From: an uncultured cyanobacterium
Lineage (GTDB): Bacteria; Cyanobacteriota; Cyanobacteriia; PCC-9006; JAAUQQ01
Direction of reading: 5' to 3'
NCBI GenBank assembly: GCA_963718615.1
Contig: OY970368.1
Coordinates: 3,648,001 to 3,712,000 of the forward strand
Length of the DNA: 64,000 nucleotides
In this document: one piece after another, positions 50,906-59,852 of the stretch
How the letters are laid out: every line of letters starts with the position of its first letter
Numbering within the stretch: the stretch's first letter is position 1
Position numbers and translations under genes: made by a program
Notes under the pieces: generated by a model
Told to the model about the DNA's origin: nothing
The model's input: the letters and a program-made list of their open reading frames with translations, nothing else
Database searches by the model: none

Positions 50906-52642
50906 GTGAACTCCCACAGCGACCAAATTCGCTCCCTTATTTTAGAGATTGATGAGCTATTGCACGGTAGCTCCCGCAATCTGTTCTGGACTCTTTCGGG
51001 CGATCGCGCTCGACATCAGGAAACGCTCCAGCATTTGCGCCGTTATCTCTCAACGCTGCAAAATGCCATTCGCAAAGCCAGAATTCGCAATCTCCCAGCG
51101 GGTTCTGACGATTTGCCGATGCTGCTGCAAGCCAAGCCCAAGACCAGCAGTATCCATCCCCATGGTCCAAAGGCCCTCAATCCCTTTGCCATTCCAGGCC
51201 CGCTCGACGCTGTTTCCCCAGCAGAGGATCAAGCCACCCGGATCCATCCTTTGGCGGAGTCCGATAGGATAAAGGAGACCCCTGAACTGGAAGTTCGTCC
51301 CCTGAGTTACCAAGATTCAGATCAGCTCCTTCAACAGCTCAGCGACGAGCTGACCCAGCTGCGCGATAGCCTCATTGGCCCGCTCAAGGCTGAGGTCCAG
51401 CGGTTGCAGCTCCAGCGCCAGCAGTTGCAGCAGGAAGTAACGCAGCTGGAAATTCGGCGTGCTCAACAGCAATCGCCCTTCCAGGAGAAGTTGCTACAAG
51501 AATTCCTCCAAACGTTGATGGGGCGCTTGCAGGAGCGGATGGTGAAGCAGATTTCCACCATTCTGCAACAGATGCTGCCGCAAATTCTCGCCAGTCAGAC
51601 AGGGGCCGCGCTGCCTGCGGAAGAAATTCAGCGGATTCAACAGCTCCAGCAGCGGGCCAATGCCCTGCTGGGCAATCTGGATTCGACGCTGCAAATCTTT
51701 TCTCAAACCCTTGAACAAAATATCCAAACCTACCAGCAGTCGTTGGCGACGGGTCTGGAGCGAATGCACAGCATGGGGCGTCAAGGGGAAGTGATGATGT
51801 CGACGCTGGTGGACCGCCTGGCGGACCAAATGGAAACCCAGACGGCTCGCTATCTCCAAAGTCCAGCTCCAACACGCAATTTACCGGCGACAGCAGGTTT
51901 CCAATCCATGTCGAGTACGGGCATTGCCAGCCGGACCCCAATCCCTGTTCCTGGGACAACGAATCCTGGGACGACGGAAGCGACTGGGGAGCCTGCCCTA
52001 CCGCCGACAGCCCGTGCCACGCCAGACAGCGCCAATCGGAACGCCAGTTCTAAGGCCAATCCGAACGCCGGTAGTTTAGATGATTTTTACGCCAGCTTTG
52101 CGGCTTCAGCCGCAGCCTCGGTCTCCGCAGATTCGGCCAGTTCAGTAGATTCGGTAGGTTCGGCGACGGCCACTGAAGTCGCTGTTGCAACCCCTCGCGA
52201 GGTCTTACCTAGTCCGGCGATCGCCCGCACGGCGGATCTCGCAGCTCAACCAGAATCCTACGGCAGTTTAGAAGAAGCTCTGTTTGGCCATCTGCCCGAA
52301 GGGGAGCAGTTTTGGTTAATCCCAGGAGAGACTCAGGCGATCGTCACTCCAGCACCAGCCATTCCAGTACCAGCCGCTACTCCCTCCAGGACTACGCCGG
52401 TCAGCAGAACGGTGAATAGGAGCGTCACGACAACCCCGACTCACCCCCCGGAAGCCCAAACGATTCGTTCTTTGAATGAGCTGATCGATCGGACCTTTCG
52501 GGATTTAGAGAGTCTTAATTTGCTGGGCAGTCCCGGCAATACCGCCACGGCGATGCGAGCTGCCGCCGTTCAAGCTTCCCCTACCCCGCTGGGCTCTGGT
52601 GTCATGGTTGACGCCAAAAAAAAAACAGCTCCGCGCTCCTAG
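50906..52642 (+). CDS. Coiled-coil/low-complexity protein; possible N-terminal half of a frameshift fusion
   Basis: Gln/Leu-rich heptads, then P/T/A/S linker; ends DAKKKTAPRS across an A10 run. Confidence 0.75.
   Translation: MNSHSDQIRSLILEIDELLHGSSRNLFWTLSGDRARHQETLQHLRRYLSTLQNAIRKARIRNLPAGSDDLPMLLQAKPKTSSIHPHGPKALNPFAIPGPLDAVSPAEDQATRIHPLAESDRIKETPELEVRPLSYQDSDQLLQQLSDELTQLRDSLIGPLKAEVQRLQLQRQQLQQEVTQLEIRRAQQQSPFQEKLLQEFLQTLMGRLQERMVKQISTILQQMLPQILASQTGAALPAEEIQRIQQLQQRANALLGNLDSTLQIFSQTLEQNIQTYQQSLATGLERMHSMGRQGEVMMSTLVDRLADQMETQTARYLQSPAPTRNLPATAGFQSMSSTGIASRTPIPVPGTTNPGTTEATGEPALPPTARATPDSANRNASSKANPNAGSLDDFYASFAASAAASVSADSASSVDSVGSATATEVAVATPREVLPSPAIARTADLAAQPESYGSLEEALFGHLPEGEQFWLIPGETQAIVTPAPAIPVPAATPSRTTPVSRTVNRSVTTTPTHPPEAQTIRSLNELIDRTFRDLESLNLLGSPGNTATAMRAAAVQASPTPLGSGVMVDAKKKTAPRS
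52616..52625 (+). other. A10 slippery site linking the two ORFs in the -1 frame
   Basis: The -1 frame opens after TGA 52609-52611 and stays open through ATG 52687 to 54453. Confidence 0.6.
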
Positions 52643-52686
52643 AACCGCCTAGTCAACCGCATCAGCCCGTCCAGCCTGATCTTCTG

Positions 52687-54453
52687 ATGGGTACCACGGC
52701 GGGCTGGTATCTTGGACTGGAGTTTTCGACCCAAGGGTTGCGGGCTGTTCTGTGTAACCCGGTGACGGGGACGAGCTATCCCCTGTTTTGGCAAGGCATG
52801 GTGGCGGCTAATCGCCTGACGGAGCCGGTGTGGCAATTGGCGGCGATCGCCCATCTCCCCTCCAGTTTTAGCAGTAACCCAGAAGCGGTTGATATTCAGC
52901 TCCCCCTAACCGGTTTACCGGCTCCCGATGGCGTGTTGCTGTGCGATCTCAAGGCGGCCTTTGAAGTGGGTCTTCCCTATATTTCCGACAGCACGCACGA
53001 TTGGGAACCCCAGCTAGACTGGTATTTTCAGGCGGCTCAGCCCCAGCGGACCCTAACTCCGCAAGCGGCTATTTCTTTGACCTTGGCGCTCAAGGTGTTG
53101 ACCCAGTTGCTGAGCACCCTCCAGCCCGAACGCACCCTGCCCCAGATGGGCACTTGGTCCTGTGGCGCGGAAGGATTAACCGCAGCCCAAACGGCCCAGT
53201 CCCTCGGCAGTCTGGAAGGCGTCATTATCAGTTGTCCTGCGGCTTGTAATGAAGCCTATCGGTTTAACCTGCGCGAGGCTGTGCTGACGGCTGAACTCGT
53301 GACCCAGCCAGAACAAATAACTTTTTTGGAGGTGCCGATCGCCGCCCTCCTAGCCGAGTTCAATCCCGATTGGGGACACCGTTTTGTCTCGACCGATTGG
53401 CAAGGGGCAACGCTGGTTGTCCATGCCGGAACTAGCGCCACTGAACTCGGTTTGGTTTGTTTGCCGAACACGCTGCACAATCTCACCCATGAAGATTTTA
53501 AGCTGCGTCGTTTTGAGTATGGTGCGATGGCTTTGCAGCAGGATATTGCCTGTCAGCTCTTGGCTCCGTTCATTCCAGAACCCCATTTGGGACTAGATAT
53601 GACCGTTTTGCCAATTCCAGGGGAGCCAGATTGTACGGTGCGATCGCAACTCCAGCGCCAGCTCTATCAATCCCCCGCCGGTCTGATGCTCCTAGAGGGC
53701 AGCGCCTATCTCCAGCAAGTGTTGCAACGCCAAGAGCGGATCACCTTTGAGTTTGGTCCCTATGCCTGTACGTTCTCCCAAAAAGCAATGGATACCAAGG
53801 TGACTCAACCCTTTGTCATTCGCCTAAACCGCGAACTGAATCGGCTCTTTAGTGAAGCCGGTGTAGTGGCAGAAGGCATCACCCAGGTCATTTGTACCGG
53901 CAACGGTATCACCCAGCCTGCCATTGGGCAGTGGCTCAAGCAAAAACTTCCCCAGGCTCGATTCATCCAGTCAGAACGGCAAATGGAAAAGCTGATCGAC
54001 CATCGAATTGCCTATGGTCTAGTGAGCCTGCCCCTCTATCCTCAAGTGTTGGATCGAAATACGCAGCAGTATAGCGATTACTTCTTGCTGATGGAACTGT
54101 TGCGATCGCTCCCCCTCGAAGCCTTGACCCTCGACGAGATTCTGGGACATTTAGAAACGTTGGGCATTAATACCCATGCCTGCAAGCCCAGGGTGTTGGC
54201 AATTTTGCAGGGGCAAATTCCGTCGGGACTTGTCCCGGAACCCGCAGATATCTGGGCGTCCCGTCGCAATGCGGACTATCAATCCCTCCAGATGAAGCCC
54301 TTGTTTCGTCAGATTTCGGCCCAAAGTTTCCAAATTGATCAGGAGCAGCGTCAGCGCTTTCTCGATTATTGGGCCAAGGTAACAGCCCACACGCAACAAA
54401 CGCTGGAAGAACCCTATAGTTTGGGGTTGGGAGTATCGGTGATGGGGTCGTGA
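52687..54453 (+). CDS. Divergent Hsp70/actin-like ATPase-fold protein
   Basis: WYLGLEFSTQG (degenerate GIDFGT), YRFNLREAV, LEVPIAA, VHAGTSATE, VICTG. Confidence 0.68.
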   Translation: MGTTAGWYLGLEFSTQGLRAVLCNPVTGTSYPLFWQGMVAANRLTEPVWQLAAIAHLPSSFSSNPEAVDIQLPLTGLPAPDGVLLCDLKAAFEVGLPYISDSTHDWEPQLDWYFQAAQPQRTLTPQAAISLTLALKVLTQLLSTLQPERTLPQMGTWSCGAEGLTAAQTAQSLGSLEGVIISCPAACNEAYRFNLREAVLTAELVTQPEQITFLEVPIAALLAEFNPDWGHRFVSTDWQGATLVVHAGTSATELGLVCLPNTLHNLTHEDFKLRRFEYGAMALQQDIACQLLAPFIPEPHLGLDMTVLPIPGEPDCTVRSQLQRQLYQSPAGLMLLEGSAYLQQVLQRQERITFEFGPYACTFSQKAMDTKVTQPFVIRLNRELNRLFSEAGVVAEGITQVICTGNGITQPAIGQWLKQKLPQARFIQSERQMEKLIDHRIAYGLVSLPLYPQVLDRNTQQYSDYFLLMELLRSLPLEALTLDEILGHLETLGINTHACKPRVLAILQGQIPSGLVPEPADIWASRRNADYQSLQMKPLFRQISAQSFQIDQEQRQRFLDYWAKVTAHTQQTLEEPYSLGLGVSVMGS

Positions 54454-54528
54454 GGAAATCTGGGATTTTAGGATTTTGGCAAGATTTGCGGGAATGGAAC
54501 AACCTTTGCTAAAATCATCAAACGACCG

Positions 54529-54600
<72 letters not shown>

Positions 54601-54607
54601 TTTTTTG

Positions 54608-54631
54608 AAACCCAGATATTTCCTGGGTTTT
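54608..54631. terminator. Terminator hairpin between tRNA-Val and the convergent Uma2 gene
   Basis: AAACCCAG-atatttc-CTGGGTTT. Confidence 0.65.
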
Positions 54632-54640
54632 GTGTTTTTG

Positions 54641-55348
54641 CTAGGCCAACGCCTCTGGATCAATCCCCAACGCTAGCAATTTCTCCGTTAGCCGAGCGGC
54701 CTTTGCCTCTGCCGCTGCCGCCCGCTCCGCCCCCGTCGGCAAGATCTTGCCATCGCGATCGCACCACCGCAGCCAAGTCGTCTCCACGCCTTCAAACCTT
54801 CCCTCCCACAACGTCAGCCCCAACCCCACCTGAGCCAACCAGGGCTCCTCCAACGCCACATATTCACCTTCCCGCAGCCCAAACACCCGCAACGGCTCAT
54901 CTCCAAGTTGTTGCAACGGATCAAACACGACGTAATAGGTTACCCCCAGAAACGCATAATCTCTGAGCTTACTGCCCAGCTCATTCCCTTCCCGATTCGA
55001 AACAATTTCGATCGCCACATCCGGCGATTTACCAAATTCCCAAACAAAATACGTCCGATTCTTCTTCTCTCGAAAATCCTGGGGAGCCTCTACATCCAAA
55101 CTCACAAATACATCCGGCACAATTGGCGGACGGTTCACCGACGAAAAAATCCCAATATCCGCATCTGCCACAAAGGAACGCTTCATGCCCCAACTCACCC
55201 AAGAGCTATACAGCACCTCCACTAAAAACCGCTGTAGCTTAGCTGAGAAGAAGTTATCCACTGGGGTATTGTCCTCGATCACCAAATCGTCAACGTTAGG
55301 CAGCAGTTCTAGCTGGGGAATTGCGTTTTGGGCAGCACGCTGTGTCAT
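54641..55348 (-). CDS. Uma2-family (DUF820) putative endonuclease
   Basis: VPDVFV, PDVAIEIVS, YYVVFDP, WLRWCD, C-terminal LGIDP. Confidence 0.9.
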   Translation of the reverse strand: MTQRAAQNAIPQLELLPNVDDLVIEDNTPVDNFFSAKLQRFLVEVLYSSWVSWGMKRSFVADADIGIFSSVNRPPIVPDVFVSLDVEAPQDFREKKNRTYFVWEFGKSPDVAIEIVSNREGNELGSKLRDYAFLGVTYYVVFDPLQQLGDEPLRVFGLREGEYVALEEPWLAQVGLGLTLWEGRFEGVETTWLRWCDRDGKILPTGAERAAAAEAKAARLTEKLLALGIDPEALA

Positions 55349-55415
55349 GGAACAGACCTAAAAGTGACGGGAGCAGACAGCCTAAGCCTAACAAATCTAC
55401 TGTTGTCTGATATAG

Positions 55416-56900
55416 CTATTGTCTCTGATCCAGCCAATCCTCTGCCAGATCACACCAAGCTTGCACATAGGGACGATGCTCTGGATTGAGGGGGTCGATC
55501 GTGCTGACTTCGGGATAGGTGGCCTGAAATTTTTCATCCACAGGTTGCCAGGATTCGATTTGCAAGGTCTCACCTCGAACCAGAATGGTATCGCGGCAGT
55601 CTCCAGTTTTTTCTTCTGAGTTGTTAGCTGCACTGATGGGGGGCTGCGATACTGGAGTCGAGATGCGAGGAAGGGCTACTCCGGTTAGTTGCGTTTGCCA
55701 ACGCGATAGGGCTTGTCTACCCAATCCCAGAGTGCCTAAAATTGCGACCGTTGGAAAAAGTAGGTAAAGAAGAATGAACTTGAGCAGGGGTTCAGATGCT
55801 TTTAACGGACGAACCCAGATAGGCCAGATGTCTTGATGGTTGCGGCTATCGCTGGAAGATGAATGAGTTTCGATCGCTTTGCGTCCAATAGCAATTGTGG
55901 CGGCTTGGCTATTAGGGATTTGGTTGATAGGGATTTGGTTGATAGGGATTGTTGAGGGAGCGTTTGAGGGTTCTGTAAGCGCTAAGGGCTGATTGTCTGC
56001 GATCGCACCATAGGGGGTTTTGGGCTTCTCCCAGCGGGGTAAGGGAGCTTGTAGCGTCTTGCACAGAGTCAGCAGTTCTGACGCGGAGGGCCGCTCTTGG
56101 GGATTGGGTTGGAGCATCATCGTCAAGAGATCTCGGAAACTGGGACTAATCTCTAGGGCTTGTTGCCAGGGATGAGGTTGAGCAGCGGTTTTGTTGAACC
56201 AGTCAGAGTTGAGTTGGGGAGAGGTGGGTTGGGTCAGTTGGGTAACAGAGAAATCGTTGGTCTGACCACTCAGTAGAACAAGAAGGGTGACGCCGAGGGC
56301 ATAAATGTCGCTTGCGGGTTCGGCCTGTCCGTTTTCTTGCTCGGATGGGCTATAGCCGGGATGTTGGCCAAGGGCCTTGATCTGGGGCGTTGTGGCAGTT
56401 TTGGCGAGAGCGCGCTTAGGGCCACCGAAGTTAATGAGGACAGGCTTTGCGGTTTCTGCGCAGAAGATTAAGTTATCGGGGCAAATATCACCGTGAGTAA
56501 TTTTGCGGGTATGGAGATAGTCGAGAACCGGGAGAATGTCTTTGAGGAACTGGTGGACTTGAATTTCTGCGAAGGGTCGTTGGAGGTGGCTTTGGTAGCT
56601 GCTGCCGTTGATCCATGTTTGGACGAGGATGCGTTGGGGATGTTGTCCTGGGGTGATTTTGAAGTAGGTACGGTATCGGGCAATCTGGGGGTGGTCGAGG
56701 GCAATGAGGCGAAGGGCTTCGGCTTTAAGGGCAGCTTTGGCGGTTTCAAATTCTTGGGGGTGGGCAAAGCTGCGGGGGGTGAAGAGTTTGAAGGCGTAGA
56801 CCTTTTGGTCTTTTGAGTCTATGGCTTTGATGCTGTAGCCGAAGGCGCTTTTCCCGAGGAGTTCGAGGGACTGGTAGCCTGGAATGGAGGGAAGATTCAT
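55416..56900 (-). CDS. Membrane-anchored Ser/Thr kinase-like protein, probably a pseudokinase
   Basis: HGDICPDN, INFG in place of DFG, GYSPSEQ, SDIYALG; one TM segment. Confidence 0.8.
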   Translation of the reverse strand: MNLPSIPGYQSLELLGKSAFGYSIKAIDSKDQKVYAFKLFTPRSFAHPQEFETAKAALKAEALRLIALDHPQIARYRTYFKITPGQHPQRILVQTWINGSSYQSHLQRPFAEIQVHQFLKDILPVLDYLHTRKITHGDICPDNLIFCAETAKPVLINFGGPKRALAKTATTPQIKALGQHPGYSPSEQENGQAEPASDIYALGVTLLVLLSGQTNDFSVTQLTQPTSPQLNSDWFNKTAAQPHPWQQALEISPSFRDLLTMMLQPNPQERPSASELLTLCKTLQAPLPRWEKPKTPYGAIADNQPLALTEPSNAPSTIPINQIPINQIPNSQAATIAIGRKAIETHSSSSDSRNHQDIWPIWVRPLKASEPLLKFILLYLLFPTVAILGTLGLGRQALSRWQTQLTGVALPRISTPVSQPPISAANNSEEKTGDCRDTILVRGETLQIESWQPVDEKFQATYPEVSTIDPLNPEHRPYVQAWCDLAEDWLDQRQ

Positions 56901-56955
56901 GGCGACAGCAGGGTGTTAGGGAAACAAAGAAGCTCTACAAGATGTGGCTGAGCTA

Positions 56956-57987
56956 TAGCGTTTCTCAGTTGGATGGCTGATAGTAACAGCCATGGGTAAA
57001 CCACCCCACACAGTCTTCAGGTGTGATCGCGTCGAGTGCCTCCGTAATGGCGAGGTCAAGGGCTTCATAGGTGCGAGCCTCCTGGGTACGTAAGAACTCT
57101 TTGACCTTGGACCAGCCGTTCTCAATGGGATTGAAATCAGGAGAATAGGGAGGCAGATAAACCAGTCGCGCACCCGCGGCCTCAATGGCTTCGCGAATCC
57201 CTTCGACCTTGTGAGAGCTGAAATTATCCATTACTACGCAGGCTCCCTTCCAGAGATTGGGCACCAGGATCTGTTGCACATAGGTCGTGAAGGCGTGCTT
57301 GTCATTGCCTCCTTGAAAACTGAAGGCGGCAATAATGCCTTCGATGGATAATGCCCCCACTAAAGTGACATTCCGTCCTTTGTTGACAGGGGTTTTTCCA
57401 TAGGCGCGTTCGCCCTTGGGAGAACGGGCATGGTGACGGGTCATGGCCAGATTCACGCCAGCCTCGTCCACAAAAACTAGGTCTTCAAGCTTGACTTCCC
57501 CGAGCTCAGTCCAAAATTCAGCTCTGAGTTGTTGGACTCGTTCGCTCTGCCGTTCACTGGCGTGGAGAGTCTTTTTTTTCGCGTTAGATTCAGTCGTTGG
57601 GTGATTCGCCCCATCGTTGCTCGACTCACCTTCACCTCTAGCTTTTGCACAACTTGCTCACACAACTCTTCTAAGGTTGCATCGTTGTTGGCTTCAATCA
57701 TTTGAGCTACTTGCAACATTTGAGCTGCATTGAGTTTTGCTCTCGCTCCTCCTCCATGAGCTCTGGACTCACAGCTACCCGATTCTCGGTAACGCTTGAG
57801 TAAACGATGCACCATACTCGCACTGACTTGAAAGCGCTTGGCAATCTGAGGTTGGGAGACGCTCCCTTCCTCATACGCTGCAACAATCCGCTCACGCAAG
57901 TCCAACGAGTAGGCTTTCATTTATGGTTCCTCTGGGTTCTACGGGGCTCCCCATCTTTAGTCTAGGCTACTCATTGGAGAAACGCTA
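56956..57987 (-). mobile_element. IS630-family insertion sequence (1032 bp) with TA target duplication
   Basis: Inverted ends TAGCGTTTCTC / GAGAAACGCTA, each flanked by TA (56954-55 and 57988-89). Confidence 0.92.
56965..57920 (-). CDS. IS630 transposase, two ORFs joined by a -1 frameshift
   Basis: MKAYSLDLRERIV HTH ORF; A-AAA-AAG slip (T8 at 57572-57579) gives RKKKTLHASE...VFVDEAG, VMDN, YSPDFNPIE (DDE). Confidence 0.9.
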
Positions 57988-58016
57988 TATTCCTGAAAAT
58001 CGATTTGATCACGCCC

Positions 58017-58157
58017 CAAAATCTTTTCTAGCATCTCGACTAAAACTGGGAAAAATTCCTACACAGTCTGCCAGACCAAATCCAGATCAACTGCATCATA
58101 TTGATGAATGACGATATTGCTCATAATATCTCTGAGGTGCTGTCTGTCTCGTGTCAT
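58017..58157 (-). pseudogene. HepT/DUF86 toxin remnant
   Basis: MTRDRQHLRDI joined directly to MSNIVIHQYDAVDLDLVWQTV*; central part deleted, premature TAG, Rx4H Arg lost. Confidence 0.72.
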
Positions 58158-58491
58158 AGATGGTTTGGGCGAAGGTCAAGATCTGCTGTTTACGTTCTAG
58201 GTTTCTACTGGTTTCGAGGCCTTTTCTGCTCACGAGATCGACTTTTCGCTGAAAAATTTGGGTGAGTTGGTCTTGCATTTCAGTGAAGTCGAGGAGAGTG
58301 TGGCGGGCGGTGTCGCTGAAGTCAACGAGGATATCGATATCGCTGGTTGTTGGGTTGAAGTCGGTACGAAGAACTGAGCCAAAGAGAGCAAGGCGAGTGA
58401 TTTGCCACTTTTGGCAGAAGGTGATGAGTTTTTTCTCGGGTAGATCAAGCTGAATGGTGGATAAGCAGCGAAATGGGGGGGAGGTTGTCAT
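58096..58491 (-). CDS. Minimal nucleotidyltransferase (MNT/MntA-type antitoxin)
   Basis: LFGSVLRTDF...SDIDILVDF, RKVDLV. Confidence 0.87.
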   Translation of the reverse strand: MTTSPPFRCLSTIQLDLPEKKLITFCQKWQITRLALFGSVLRTDFNPTTSDIDILVDFSDTARHTLLDFTEMQDQLTQIFQRKVDLVSRKGLETSRNLERKQQILTFAQTIYDTRQTAPQRYYEQYRHSSI

Positions 58492-58707
58492 GGTGTTGGT
58501 GGGGTCAGGTCTAACAAGGGCTGACCTAGAGGCTCCTTTACTGGTCTATTGTTTGTTTCAGTTTAGCGTTTTGCTTATTCTAGAGTGTGTCGGTGGAGGG
58601 CCAGCAGCCAGACGTTCACCGAATTTACCAGCATGGCTGCTGGCGGTTGATTTTTGGATCCGGTTACCCCGATCGCCAAAACAGGGCTGTTCTTCCGAAG
58701 AACTGTC

Positions 58708-59361
58708 TTACCAACGAGAAGGATTATCTGGATGGAGTTGGTCTTGTTTCCAGGTTTTGGGATTGTCCAGGATATATCGACGAATCCGCGTCATTGCGGC
58801 CTCGTTACGAATGATATGGTCGTAAAATCGGCGTTGCCAGACGGGAACCCCAGGGGTCTGGCGTAGGTGGTTAATGCGTCTGGTGGTGGTGGATTTGAAA
58901 CCGGCCATCAGCGAAGAAATCGATTTGGGCCGCATGGTTACCCCGTAGGGACGAACTGCGTTCGTCCTGCCTTGGGCGATCGCATGGGCCTGCGCGGACG
59001 AATGGCTGTCCGTCCCTACGGTTGGTACGGATGAATGGTTGGTTGTTCCTACGGCCTGCGCGGACGAACGGCTGTTCGTCCCTACGGTTGGGGGTTGGAT
59101 TTCGATCAGGGCGTGGAAATGGTTGGGCATGATGACCCATTCATGGAATTTGAACGTGGGTCGAATTTGTTTCGATCGCAACCATTCCTCCACAACAATT
59201 TCACCCCACGGGGTGAGATGCATTTCGGCATTTTTGATCGTTCCAAACAGGTTTTGCCGTTGGTAGGCGCAGGTGGTGATGAAATAGAATCCGGCGCTGC
59301 TGTAATCGTGGCCCGACAACCGCATGGAACGACGTTGATGGCGATCGGGGTTGTATGGCAT
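58708..59361 (-). CDS. REP-associated tyrosine (HUH/Y1) transposase, RAYT-type
   Basis: RRSMRLSGHDYS, YFITTC, VIMPNHFHALI, FKS, WQRRFYDHIIR, YILDNP. Confidence 0.88.
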   Translation of the reverse strand: MPYNPDRHQRRSMRLSGHDYSSAGFYFITTCAYQRQNLFGTIKNAEMHLTPWGEIVVEEWLRSKQIRPTFKFHEWVIMPNHFHALIEIQPPTVGTNSRSSAQAVGTTNHSSVPTVGTDSHSSAQAHAIAQGRTNAVRPYGVTMRPKSISSLMAGFKSTTTRRINHLRQTPGVPVWQRRFYDHIIRNEAAMTRIRRYILDNPKTWKQDQLHPDNPSRW

Positions 59362-59708
59362 TGAATTTTTTGATAATTCCCACATTCCCAGAATGCCCCA
59401 CCGCCACCCATGAAAAACGTAGGGACGAACCGCGTTCGTCCGCCAACGCCGACACCAACGCCAACACCAACACCCACGTCAACGCCCACACAATCGCACA
59501 TCCAAAAACCCAACCCCCCCGTAGGGACGAACCGCGTTCGTCCGCCAACGCCCACACCCACGCCCACACCCACGCCCACACCAAAACAATCGCACGTCCC
59601 AAACGATCGCACATCCCAATTGATCCCATCACACCATTGCGACATTTGGAATTGCGCCATACACCTGGACAGGACGAACGGCTGTTCGTCCCTACGGTTC
59701 GTCCCTAC
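58945..59708. repeat. Cluster of GTAG-type REP palindromes (GTAG-GGACGAA-N5/6-TTCGTCC)
   Basis: Copies at 58945(+), 58996(-), 59029(-, degenerate), 59062(-), 59419(+), 59521(+), 59672(-), plus a half copy at ~59698. Confidence 0.88.
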
Positions 59709-59762
59709 GGTTGATTGATAACCAATGGGGCATTGTCGGATGGATTTTGCAAAAAAATTCGA

Positions 59763-59777
59763 TCGCGCTGCGCGCGA
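59763..59777 (-). promoter_or_regulatory. GC hairpin with GCA triloop (DGR-type cis element candidate)
   Basis: Minus strand TCGCGC-GCA-GCGCGA about 75 nt after the kinase-FGE stop. Confidence 0.55.
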
Positions 59778-59852
59778 GGGCGAGAACACCTTAACAAGTT
59801 GTATTTTCAACTAAAAATTGCACAGAGGGCAAAAAGGCAAGAGAGCAAAGGG

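Noticed and set aside
57477-57920. IS630 split ORFs as a pseudogene
   Set aside because: The A-AAA-AAG -1 shift restores a full transposase and the ends are intact; a normal IS630 arrangement
58945-59708. Palindromic 23-24 bp repeats as a possible CRISPR array
   Set aside because: Mixed orientations, irregular and low-complexity spacers, GTAG ends, adjacent RAYT and no cas genes: these are REPs
59106-59810. ORFs with (GV)n, (PT)n and (AHT)n repeats
   Set aside because: Open frames created by the hexamer microsatellite/REP unit in all frames; no ribosome-binding site or domain
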